DNA of 64,000 nucleotides from a virus, in the IMG/VR virus record IMGVR_UViG_3300044733_003647, positions 32,001 to 96,000 of that record; one strand, 5' to 3'. Positions 1 to 8,153 of the stretch are shown here, piece after piece. A program made the translations under genes and the position numbers. Numbering within the stretch: position 1 is the first letter of the stretch; every line of letters begins with the position of its first letter. The notes under the pieces were generated by a model. The model saw only the letters and a program-made list of their open reading frames with translations. It was not told the origin of the DNA and made no database searches.

Positions 1-1
1 C

Positions 2-571
2 AATGCCATCAAACTTCATTTTACTTCTGATTCTTACGATTTTTTTAGGTATAACGGTAAGTCAAACGTTACTAAACAAAACTTCGCCAATCGAAAAGAC
101 AAGTATTCGTTCTATAAACTATCCAGAAAATATAGGAATGAAGACTTGATGAATTTCTATATTGCCAATTTCTTGGTCAAAGATGTGAACTGGATTGGTG
201 ATATAACAGGCGCAGAAGGTGAAGAGAATTACAAGATGTGGCAGAAAAGAAACCAGAGCTTGAATTATCGATTCAAAGAAGATATAATGTACCTCATGGG
301 CAAAGTTTCTATCGGTTCTGACATGATTAAAGTGAAAGATGGTCAGTATCCTTTACTGTTGAATGAGACTATGCAAGGTGCGGTGACCATCGAAACTTTG
401 TCCATACTAAATCACATGATGGGCTTTTTTGAAATGTGGAACAAAAAGATTTCTGATACAATTATTTGGCCCACCTGGAAAAGAAAGTGTGAGAAATACA
501 CACCATTCATTCATTACGATGAATCGAAATATAAAGAAACATTTAAAGAGGCAATCAAAGAATATGCCTAA
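2..571 (+). CDS. gp59: Helicase loader gp59 (5' truncated by window edge)
   Basis: The frame is open from base 2 (NAIKLHFTSDSYDFFRYNGK...RKDKYSFYKLSRKY) and continues into ORF 146-571. The KLHF..YDF..Y.GK motif and position directly upstream of gp32 fit T4-like gp59. Confidence 0.85.
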   Translation, partial: NAIKLHFTSDSYDFFRYNGKSNVTKQNFANRKDKYSFYKLSRKYRNEDLMNFYIANFLVKDVNWIGDITGAEGEENYKMWQKRNQSLNYRFKEDIMYLMGKVSIGSDMIKVKDGQYPLLLNETMQGAVTIETLSILNHMMGFFEMWNKKISDTIIWPTWKRKCEKYTPFIHYDESKYKETFKEAIKEYA

Positions 572-577
572 ATACTA

Positions 578-606
578 TTGACATGGTTTCTTTATCATGT
601 TACAAT
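578..606 (+). promoter_or_regulatory. Sigma70-type promoter for gp32 (TTGACA-N17-TACAAT with extended -10 TG)
   Basis: TTGACA at 578-583, a 17-nt spacer ending in TGt, TACAAT at 601-606; SD AAGGA precedes ATG 667. Confidence 0.75.
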
Positions 607-666
607 CCGTTTTTGTTATGAATCGTGTGGATAATCCGTTAATAATCCGTTTAAAAAGGAAATACA

Positions 667-1551
667 ATGAGCAATTTTGCTAATATGAAGAAATCGTCCG
701 GCAATCTGGACAAACTCACTAAAGCCATTGAAGCACTCAACGCTTCTTCTGAAGGTAAGTCCGACAAAGATAATTTCTGGAAACCAGAAGTTGATAAGTC
801 CGGCAACGGCATGGCAACCATTCGTTTTCTACCTGCACCAGCTGTTGATGGTGATGATGGTCTGCCTTGGGTCAAAATCTATTCTCATGGATTCCAAGGT
901 CCTGGTGGTTGGCTGATTGATAACTGTCTAACGACAAAGAATCAACAGTGTCCCGTGTGTGAACACAACAGCCGTCTGTGGAATTCAGGCATCGAAGCGA
1001 ACAAAGAAATCGTTCGTAAACAGAAACGCAAACTCAATTACATGGCAAACGTGTACATTGTTTCTGATCCAAAACATCCTGAGAATGAAGGTAAAGTGAA
1101 ACTATATCGTTTCGGTGCAAAGATTTTCGAGAAGATCACCGAAGCAATGAACCCACAGTTTGAAGATGAGACCGCAATCAATCCTTTTGATCTGTGGAAA
1201 GGTGCTAACTTCAAGTTGAAGATCACCAAGGTTGCTGGTTATCAGAACTATGATAAGTCTGAATTCATGTCACCTTCTGCACTTCTTGATGATGATGAAG
1301 AACTCGAAAAGATTTGGAAATCTGAACACTCTCTTAACGAAATGATTTCAGATAAAGAATTCAAGTCTTATGATGAACTGAAGTCTCGTTTGGATAAAGT
1401 TCTTGGTGGTGCTGATGCGCCTGCAAAGACTACTGTTGAACAGATGCGTTCTGGTCCTAAGAAACCAGTTGTTGCTGATGATGCACCTTTTGAAGTGTCT
1501 GCTGATGATGATGAAATGTCTTACTTTTCCAAATTGGCAAACGAAGATTAA
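667..1551 (+). CDS. gp32: Single-stranded DNA binding protein gp32
   Basis: FWKPEVDKSGNG..IRFLPAP, HGFQGPGGW..NCLTT...CPVCE Zn site, NPFDLWKGANFKLKI, NYDKSEF and an acidic C-terminus. Confidence 0.97.
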   Translation: MSNFANMKKSSGNLDKLTKAIEALNASSEGKSDKDNFWKPEVDKSGNGMATIRFLPAPAVDGDDGLPWVKIYSHGFQGPGGWLIDNCLTTKNQQCPVCEHNSRLWNSGIEANKEIVRKQKRKLNYMANVYIVSDPKHPENEGKVKLYRFGAKIFEKITEAMNPQFEDETAINPFDLWKGANFKLKITKVAGYQNYDKSEFMSPSALLDDDEELEKIWKSEHSLNEMISDKEFKSYDELKSRLDKVLGGADAPAKTTVEQMRSGPKKPVVADDAPFEVSADDDEMSYFSKLANED

Positions 1552-1585
1552 ACTGAGAAAAAACTGATCCTTTCTTCACAGTTCG

Positions 1586-1609
1586 ACCCCGCCTAGTGCG
1601 GGGTTTTTT
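1586..1609 (+). terminator. Rho-independent terminator after gp32
   Basis: ACCCCGC-ctagt-GCGGGGT hairpin followed by a T-run, at the junction of convergent genes. Confidence 0.85.
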
Positions 1610-1611
1610 GT

Positions 1612-3156
1612 TTATACGACCCTTGTATTGTCCATAATTAGTCGCATAAACGTTGAATCCACATTTCTAACAGCAATCGTATTCAAATCTGCTATTTTTT
1701 GTGGCATCTGTCGTTGTTGAGCATTGTTGACATTATTGACAACAGTTGGACCACTACTGGTTCTAGTTATTGGCAAATTGACATTCAGATTCTGACTAAC
1801 TGCATCATTTAATCTAGAGGTCAAACCCGTTCCAGGAACCGATGCAGGCATTGCTGGTGCTGTTTGTGCTGGTGAAGCTGTCACACCAGGAGTTGTAGAT
1901 GCTCCAGTCATGCGATTAAATTGACCCATTCGACCTGGCTGAGCCGCCGCAGATGCTGATGCTGGTGCTGCTGATGCTGGTGCTGCTGATGCTGGTGCTA
2001 CTGGAGCGGGAGCAGTTTGTTTACTTGCAGGAGGTTCAACACCCGTCTTTCTGGTGCCATCATCATTATAATATGGAGCATAAACTCTGTTCCATTCTTC
2101 TTCATTTCTTTTTGCTGCAAGACCTGTTCCAATAAATTGTTTTTTGGTGAAGGCAAGTTTATCTGCCGATCCTGGCATAACCGCTGGCGCTGCGGGAACT
2201 TCATAAACTTTTGTGTCCGCTTCAATTTCTTTGACTTTACTCTCACCACCCAAGTTCAAAATCGTTAGTTTTTTAGCTGCTTTTTCCTCTTCGGTGTTTT
2301 CTGGCATGGCTAGTGCTTCTACAGCACGTTGTCTGCCATTCCTTACAATATCTTCCAAATATTCGCGGCCACCAAGAGCATCTATGTCTCTGGGACTTCC
2401 TTTCAAAGCATTTTCTGCTTCAGATGGGCTCAACGCCTTCATATTGGGTGTATTTTTGGCCAATCTATCCAGACCAACTGACAACAAAGCAATAAGCCCA
2501 ACAAGACTAGCCACACCCAATAACGCAAGACCAAGTGGGCTAGCAAACCACTTTAACACATTCATTAATCTTGAAGCTAAAGATGCACTACCAAGCAAAT
2601 CCAACAGTGAAGGACGTTTCTCTTCTTCAGTAACTTTTGATGCAGTTCCCAAACTTAAAGAACTGAGAACCTTTAATAGTTCTTTGTGTCTCTTTTCTGC
2701 TTCCAATTTCTTTTCTTCAGCAAAGTTTAACTCTGCATCACTTCTTTTTAGGTCTGCTTGTCTAGTAACTTGCATCAGATAATATATTTTTCTGAGCATT
2801 TCGTTGACGCCTTCACCCATTCCTGTTCTGGGTTCTTTGCCTATTCTAGATGCAGTTCCTCTATCACGAATTGGTCGCATACGACCAGAGAAATATTGAA
2901 TGTCTCTATCGGAGCGGCCAGTGATTTTACCAAGTAGAGCTGGACCTAAACTTGATCCACCAGTCAAAAATTTTGCAATATTTAATGGATCAAATTTCTC
3001 TTTGAAACCTTTTACTCTGGCTTGAGCTTTTAGTGATATTGTCTTTTTAAGTGCGCCGCGAATTGTTGGTGAATCAGCTAACTGATCCGACAAAAGATCG
3101 GCAAAACTTGTACCGCGTACTCTACTTGCTTTTTGGTAATCTAAATTAGTAGCCAT
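1612..3156 (-). CDS. Tape-measure/baseplate-hub-like protein (paralog 2)
   Basis: 514 aa with a helical N-half, a hydrophobic segment (PLGLALLGVASLVGLIALLSVGL), an Ala/Pro-rich linker and a C-terminal TVVNNVNN motif. It lies downstream of gp26/gp51, where tape-measure-like genes are expected. Confidence 0.5.
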   Translation of the reverse strand: MATNLDYQKASRVRGTSFADLLSDQLADSPTIRGALKKTISLKAQARVKGFKEKFDPLNIAKFLTGGSSLGPALLGKITGRSDRDIQYFSGRMRPIRDRGTASRIGKEPRTGMGEGVNEMLRKIYYLMQVTRQADLKRSDAELNFAEEKKLEAEKRHKELLKVLSSLSLGTASKVTEEEKRPSLLDLLGSASLASRLMNVLKWFASPLGLALLGVASLVGLIALLSVGLDRLAKNTPNMKALSPSEAENALKGSPRDIDALGGREYLEDIVRNGRQRAVEALAMPENTEEEKAAKKLTILNLGGESKVKEIEADTKVYEVPAAPAVMPGSADKLAFTKKQFIGTGLAAKRNEEEWNRVYAPYYNDDGTRKTGVEPPASKQTAPAPVAPASAAPASAAPASASAAAQPGRMGQFNRMTGASTTPGVTASPAQTAPAMPASVPGTGLTSRLNDAVSQNLNVNLPITRTSSGPTVVNNVNNAQQRQMPQKIADLNTIAVRNVDSTFMRLIMDNTRVV

Positions 3157-5564
3157 TATGCTCTACTCTTTCTTGAGTATGGTGAACTGTCATCGACAAC
3201 ATCTCTATTTTGTTGTTGTGTTGCGTTTCCAGCCACGGTGTTTTGTTGGTTTATGACGACTGTTTGTGCAGGATTTTGGCTTGCTACATCAGTACGTCTT
3301 AAATTTGGAGTTGTATCAAGATTTAAAGGTGGACTTAGTGTAGATACAGATTCTTGCATTCTTTGTGGAGTGATGTTTAATTCTTCTATTTGTTCTTTTA
3401 TATAAATTTGTTTTGCTATTAGAAATTGTGAGACAGTCTGTGTAGCCAATTCTTTATTGGCAGTCATACCTTGCGTTGGATCAATTTTAATTCGTCTTAA
3501 GTAAGCTTCTCTTACCGTTACATTAGGATTTTTTTGCGCTTCATCCATAATGGCTAAAAATCCTCTAGCACCCAAGTAATTCGCTTGCAACATCATTGCT
3601 GCGGTTATTGGCCCCGTATAACCTATTTTTGGCAATCCCGCTTGCAACGATTTATATATTCCGTTAGAATTTATTTCAGAAAATTTTTTCTGATTATCTA
3701 GTGAAAATTTATCAGTCCATTTAAATCCAGATTCAAACCATAAACCAGCCGGATAAGTTTTTCCGTTAAATGTTGAAGTTCCATCCAAATTATATCCAAA
3801 AATTGTAGCAGGCATAAATCCTGCTATACCGACAGCACCATATGGTCCCTTTTTTCCTTCTTTTTTTGAAATCATTGTTGTTCTATATTTCACGTATTGA
3901 AGAAGTTCAGCAAAAGTGAAATCTGTTAAATCTTTTCTTTTTCCCAAATTATTTTCAGACCATTCTTGGGGCCTATCACCATGTTCGTTTAATATTCTTC
4001 CTGTTCTTTCCATCACATATTTTCCATTTTTAGCAACAATTGGTTTGCCGTCTTTTCCAAGTTTTGGTCTTCTTTCATAATAATCACCATAAACTGCGTT
4101 TTCATTTCCTTCATGTTTTGAAATTATTGCTCTCAAATCTTCCGATGTAATTGCTAAACCACCACCAATAGAAAATAAACGACCACCACTTGGTGCTCCT
4201 GTACCAGGTCTAGGTACTGGTGTAGCAGTTTGACCTGGTCTCGCAGGCGGCGGCGCTGGTTGAGCTGTCGCCGGTTGATCAGGTTTTCTCTCAACTCTCT
4301 CAGCACTTTTTCTGGCAGATTCTTCTCTAGCTCTTCTATCAGCTTCCCTTTTCGCCGCCTCACCAGCTGCTCTTACACCCTTTTCTTCTTCAGTGGTTCT
4401 ATCATTTCTTCTTTTATCTGCTTCTTTTCTAGCCAACTCTTCTCTGGCTTTTCTAGCAGTTTCTTCTCTGGCTTTCCTATCAGCTTCTCTTTTTGCAGAT
4501 TCGTTAGCCGCTCTTACACCTTTTTCTTCTTCGGTGGTTCTATCATTTCTTCTTTTATCTGCTTCTCTGGCTATTCTAGCAGCTTCAGCAGCTTCTCTGG
4601 CTTTTCTAGCGGATTCTTCAGCTTCTCTGGCTCTTTTAGCAGCTTCAGCAGCTTCTCTGGCTTTTCTAGCGGATTCTTCAGCTTCTCTGGCTCTTTTAGC
4701 AGCTTCTTCCGCATCTTTAGCTCTCTTGGCAGCTTCAGCTGCCTCTCTGGCTCTTCTAGCAGCTTCTTCCGCATCTTTAGCTTTCTTGGCAGCTTCAGCT
4801 GCCTCTCTGGCTTCTCTGGCTATTCTAGCAGCTTCAGCAGCTTCTCTGGCTTTTTTAGCGGTTTCTTCTTGAGCTCTTCTAGCAGTTTCTTCTTGAGCTT
4901 TTCTAACAGCCTCCTCTCTGGCTTTTCTCTCAACTTCTTCTTTAGCCTTATTTTCAGCTTCTCTTTCTGCTTTTCTGAAAGCCTCTTTTCTAGCAGTTTC
5001 TTTTGCAGTCTCAGCTGCCTGTCTTCTTGCTGTTTCTTCTGCTGCCCTTCTCGCGGCTTGTTGTCTAGCAATTTCACCAGCACTTGGTCCACTTGGTGCA
5101 CCAGGGCTTGGAACTGGTGCCGGAGTTCCTGGTTTTGGACCACTTGGTGCACCAGGGCTTGGAACTGGTGCCGTAGCGCCTGGTTTTGGACCACTTGGTA
5201 CACTAGGTTTGGCTGGAACAGGAACTGGTTTGCGACCAGGTAAAGTTGGTAATCTAAACGGCTTTTTTGCTTTAGCTTTCTTTGGTGCAGGCTTTCTACG
5301 AACAGTCAGTGCCTTAACTATTTCAGCATGTCGTCTAGCTTGTTCAATGTCTTGCTCTTCAGCGTAATTTTTTCTTTTCTCATAATCAAGTCTGTTCAAA
5401 TTTTCTTTTTGAACCATCAATTTGTATATACCGCCAAGAACTTCAGAATCGGATGCGTTTTTACCAAGTAGTTCCGAATCTTTATTACTGCCGCGCAAAA
5501 GACTCAATAGACCACCCATCAAACTTTTGGTGGTCTTTTTTGTTGAATCGTTTATATCTGCCAT
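3156..5564 (-). CDS. Tape-measure-like protein with Pro-rich and charged helical repeats and a putative lysozyme-like domain
   Basis: 802 aa with PSGPKPG repeats and a long E/A/R/K helix. The C-terminal region (LRAIISKHEG...YG...GAVGIAGFMPAT...NQ) resembles lysozyme-like muramidase folds. TAATG-coupled to both neighbours. Confidence 0.5.
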   Translation of the reverse strand: MADINDSTKKTTKSLMGGLLSLLRGSNKDSELLGKNASDSEVLGGIYKLMVQKENLNRLDYEKRKNYAEEQDIEQARRHAEIVKALTVRRKPAPKKAKAKKPFRLPTLPGRKPVPVPAKPSVPSGPKPGATAPVPSPGAPSGPKPGTPAPVPSPGAPSGPSAGEIARQQAARRAAEETARRQAAETAKETARKEAFRKAEREAENKAKEEVERKAREEAVRKAQEETARRAQEETAKKAREAAEAARIAREAREAAEAAKKAKDAEEAARRAREAAEAAKRAKDAEEAAKRAREAEESARKAREAAEAAKRAREAEESARKAREAAEAARIAREADKRRNDRTTEEEKGVRAANESAKREADRKAREETARKAREELARKEADKRRNDRTTEEEKGVRAAGEAAKREADRRAREESARKSAERVERKPDQPATAQPAPPPARPGQTATPVPRPGTGAPSGGRLFSIGGGLAITSEDLRAIISKHEGNENAVYGDYYERRPKLGKDGKPIVAKNGKYVMERTGRILNEHGDRPQEWSENNLGKRKDLTDFTFAELLQYVKYRTTMISKKEGKKGPYGAVGIAGFMPATIFGYNLDGTSTFNGKTYPAGLWFESGFKWTDKFSLDNQKKFSEINSNGIYKSLQAGLPKIGYTGPITAAMMLQANYLGARGFLAIMDEAQKNPNVTVREAYLRRIKIDPTQGMTANKELATQTVSQFLIAKQIYIKEQIEELNITPQRMQESVSTLSPPLNLDTTPNLRRTDVASQNPAQTVVINQQNTVAGNATQQQNRDVVDDSSPYSRKSRA
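4340..5200 (-). repeat. Coding tandem repeats: 60-nt period helix repeats (about 4561-4860), duplicated READKRRNDRTTEEEKGVRAA, 51-nt Pro-rich repeats (about 5080-5200)
   Basis: Lines 4561, 4621 and 4681 repeat gcttctctggct..tctagcagcttc with a 60-nt period; ccacttggtgcaccagggcttggaactggtgcc recurs. Confidence 0.9.
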
Positions 5565-5758
5565 TATTGTCTACTTCGTTCTTTTAGTTTTAGGTTTTCT
5601 TCTTCAAGATACTGTATTAATAATGTGATGTAGATATCCCTTTCCCAAGGTATCATACTCTCAAGCTCAGACAAACTATATTTGTGGTGTTGCATCAATG
5701 AGAAGTTTGTCTTGTAATAGTTCTTTAAATCATCATAACAAATTATAAGCCGAAAAAA
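5564..5758 (-). CDS. gp51: gp51-like baseplate hub assembly protein; first ATG at 5695, but the frame is open to the slippery site in gp26
   Basis: Manual translation (absent from the ORF track): RLIICYDDLKNYYKTNFSLMQHHKYSLSELESMIPWERDIYITLLIQYLEEENLKLKERSRQ*. The NYY.TNF.LMQHHKYSL.E.E.MIPWER.IY motif is typical of gp51-like proteins of aquatic T4-like phages. Confidence 0.8.
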   Translation of the reverse strand, partial: FFRLIICYDDLKNYYKTNFSLMQHHKYSLSELESMIPWERDIYITLLIQYLEEENLKLKERSRQ

Positions 5759-6474
5759 CTTTCGAGGCCCTCCACCTCTAAGCTGTGGTCAAAACCACAC
5801 TTTGAGCATGTTATTGCAATTTTCTTCTTCAATTTTGGAATATTGTTGAAGAAGTGTTCGACCCTATCAAATTGTTCTTGACTCATACTTTCAACGAATT
5901 CAAGCAACTCTTCTTTTGTTGTTTCTTTTGCATAATGAAACTGTTCACCATCATAGATGTGTTCAATCGAACTTGCGATCATATTAAATGTAACATCGGT
6001 GATATTGTCCATATCAATAGAATCTTTGATCAACCCAAATTGTGGATATTTCATCTTCACAACGATCTTATCATTGATTGCAATTTCTGGATCAACCACT
6101 TCCTCGGATTCTGGATATATCTCAGTCAAATTGATTTTCGACTCCATGATATTACCACATTCTTTCGTGTCAGTAACTTTATTGTTGCAACGATACTTTG
6201 ATTCCGAAATTTCACCAACAGACTTTGCTCTGAGGTTGATGAAATAATATTCAACATCAATAATTGGAAGTTCATCCAAATCAACACCTTCAGTCATTGT
6301 ACAAACATTCAGAATCTCTCTGATGTTGTGTTGAATAGTGTCCGCATCACCAGATTCCATTGCCATCAGAAGATTCTTTTGCTCTTTGACTAGGAATGGT
6401 CTGTATTTTATTTTCTTTTTTGAAAGTGGCAATTCAATTTCATATGTTGGCACTTCAAGTCTTGGTAAAGCCAT
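5743..6474 (-). CDS. gp26: Baseplate hub assembly protein gp26
   Basis: MALPRL..PTYE.ELP..K.IKYRPFLVKEQK.LLMA.E, LRAKSVGE, CxxC and a C-terminal EGLESFF. Confidence 0.9.
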   Translation of the reverse strand: MALPRLEVPTYEIELPLSKKKIKYRPFLVKEQKNLLMAMESGDADTIQHNIREILNVCTMTEGVDLDELPIIDVEYYFINLRAKSVGEISESKYRCNNKVTDTKECGNIMESKINLTEIYPESEEVVDPEIAINDKIVVKMKYPQFGLIKDSIDMDNITDVTFNMIASSIEHIYDGEQFHYAKETTKEELLEFVESMSQEQFDRVEHFFNNIPKLKKKIAITCSKCGFDHSLEVEGLESFFGL

Positions 6475-6491
6475 AGTAACTCCTTATAAAT

Positions 6492-7028
6492 TCAAACGAT
6501 AGTTTCCCATCTAGTATATGCAAATGTTGCATTCAGTTTATGATATCCATCAGAACTCCAGTCCAAGTCCATCTGATTGATTGAAATTGGATACGATTCA
6601 ATAAATCTCACTTCATGTGTAACTTTATCTGTAACATCATATTGTTTAACGGTGATATCGGTACAATATGTGTTTCTATAATTAAAGTTGTTGGTGGAAG
6701 AAGGATTGATAAGTTGCATCCATGCATCAAACAACTTCTTTTGTTTCATGTCGCTATCGACAATTAACGTTACATCAAGATCGTTGTATGTTGTAAGATA
6801 TGGAAACTTTTCAATTGGTCCATAGGTTCTCTGTTCGGTTGTTGCTAAAGTTCTTCCTGGTATCTGTGCATTCTCACATCTGAATGTCAATATTGCTTCA
6901 GAACTACCATAAATATCTACTTCTAGAGATGGAGGAAAATTGGGCAGAGGAAAAAATACCTGAAATCTATTAGGTCTAGCAAAATCGCTCCTAAAAGATG
7001 CGACTATTCTGTCAATTGATAATGACAT
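6492..7028 (-). CDS. gp54: Tail tube initiator gp54 (gp19 fold)
   Basis: ARPNRFQV, CENAQIPGR, WMQLI, YPISI..MDLDW and C-terminal FAYTRW. Confidence 0.75.
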   Translation of the reverse strand: MSLSIDRIVASFRSDFARPNRFQVFFPLPNFPPSLEVDIYGSSEAILTFRCENAQIPGRTLATTEQRTYGPIEKFPYLTTYNDLDVTLIVDSDMKQKKLFDAWMQLINPSSTNNFNYRNTYCTDITVKQYDVTDKVTHEVRFIESYPISINQMDLDWSSDGYHKLNATFAYTRWETIV

Positions 7029-7649
7029 TTATGAATTCCTTATTTCTTCGATAGAATCTTGCCAAACTGATTTGGCGGCTTGTTTTTTAAACTGGTGTAC
7101 TGGTAAATATGTGGCAACGTCCCACTCATCAGGTTGAACCGCCAGGATTCTGGATCTGACATGTGAGTACAAGTACTGTTTCACGCACGGCCTGAACTCC
7201 CTCAGTCGCCTGGTTGCGTCCAGTATGTCATAGGTTATGCGGATGCGTTTAATCTCATCATTCTCATCATAGATGGCTCTACCCATCAACTTACGCATGA
7301 ACAGGATTCGGTAATTAACCGGTAAATAATGCAGATTTAAACCTAAAAACCCGTCAGATTGCCTTTGGAGTGGCATCACCAGTGGAAATCTATCATAATA
7401 TGGCAATTCAACTTTGGTTTTGGGATCATATATGAAGAAATACAAGCCACCAAGTAAAAACTTCTGTCTATTTGATGGTGGTGTGTATCTAAACTTTTCC
7501 CTCGTCATTGGTGGGATGTATGCAGTTGGATTTCTGAGCTGCAACATCTTTTGTCTTAACCATGCAAAAGACTGGCGACTCATGTTCTGAACGCCAGCCG
7601 CAGATTTTTCTTCTGCTATTGTAGTGAGTATTGAAGGTTTTGTAGCCAT
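7029..7649 (-). CDS. gp2: DNA end protector protein gp2
   Basis: YDPKTK.ELPYYDRFPLV, FLGLNLHYLP and PCVKQYL..HVRS. Start reassigned to ATG 7649 (MATKPS), which follows a CTAAATA box. Confidence 0.9.
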   Translation of the reverse strand: MATKPSILTTIAEEKSAAGVQNMSRQSFAWLRQKMLQLRNPTAYIPPMTREKFRYTPPSNRQKFLLGGLYFFIYDPKTKVELPYYDRFPLVMPLQRQSDGFLGLNLHYLPVNYRILFMRKLMGRAIYDENDEIKRIRITYDILDATRRLREFRPCVKQYLYSHVRSRILAVQPDEWDVATYLPVHQFKKQAAKSVWQDSIEEIRNS

Positions 7650-7660
7650 GTAATATTTAG

Positions 7661-8107
7661 TTAGAGTCCAAGGTGTTCTTCGGTGATGATTTTGAACTCC
7701 CAACCACGGTCCAAACAGTATTCGGTCGCGGCTTTCCATTTTGCCTGATTGACACCCCAAGTTGCAACTTCATTGATATACTGTTTCGTTACTCTTTTCT
7801 TGACTTCTGGCGCGTGTGTTTGTTTCTTTGGTTTGACTTCCAACATCATCGTTTTTTGTTTTCCGTCTTTTGTTCGCACCTTGACTAGAAAATCTGGAAA
7901 ATATCTGTGCCACTTTCCATCAACCGGCGATATATAAGGAACAATCATTTCCTCAGAAGCCCATGATATTATATCTGGATTTTTGTCGAGCCAGTTCATC
8001 ACCCTACATTCCCAAGATGAACGATAAACAATATTTGTGTGATCACCCACATATTTCCGTGGATTTCTGGGTCTAAACAGACCCTTGTAAGATGATTTGT
8101 ATGTCAT
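7661..8107 (-). CDS. gp4: Head completion nuclease gp4
   Basis: YKG.F.P.NP.KY.GD...IVYRSSWE, WASEE..VPY.SP.D...HRYFPDF, EVKPKKQT and NQAKW.AA. Start taken at ATG 8107. Confidence 0.93.
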   Translation of the reverse strand: MTYKSSYKGLFRPRNPRKYVGDHTNIVYRSSWECRVMNWLDKNPDIISWASEEMIVPYISPVDGKWHRYFPDFLVKVRTKDGKQKTMMLEVKPKKQTHAPEVKKRVTKQYINEVATWGVNQAKWKAATEYCLDRGWEFKIITEEHLGL

Positions 8108-8114
8108 ATAAATA
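8107..8114 (+). promoter_or_regulatory. T4-type late promoter TATAAATA at the head of the plus-strand structural operon
   Basis: Exact T4 gp55 consensus about 40 nt upstream of the gp48 ATG, in the divergent intergenic region. Confidence 0.75.
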
Positions 8115-8153
8115 TTATGTATGCACTCTGCAAACAAGAAAATAAGGTATTAA

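Noticed and set aside
4561-4860. Regular 60-nt repeats as a possible CRISPR array
   Set aside because: The repeats are contiguous, in frame and coding, with no unique spacers and no cas genes.
4230-5243. Long plus-strand ORFs (337 aa and 159 aa) rich in Ser/Phe or Ala/Ser/Leu
   Set aside because: Antisense shadows of the repetitive E/A/R/K tract of the 802-aa gene; low complexity and no RBS.
7650-7760. 5' extensions given by the ORF track for gp2 (also gp4, 13193, 43454, 52299)
   Set aside because: They overlap upstream genes or promoter boxes; downstream ATGs fit gene spacing, SD position or family N-termini better.
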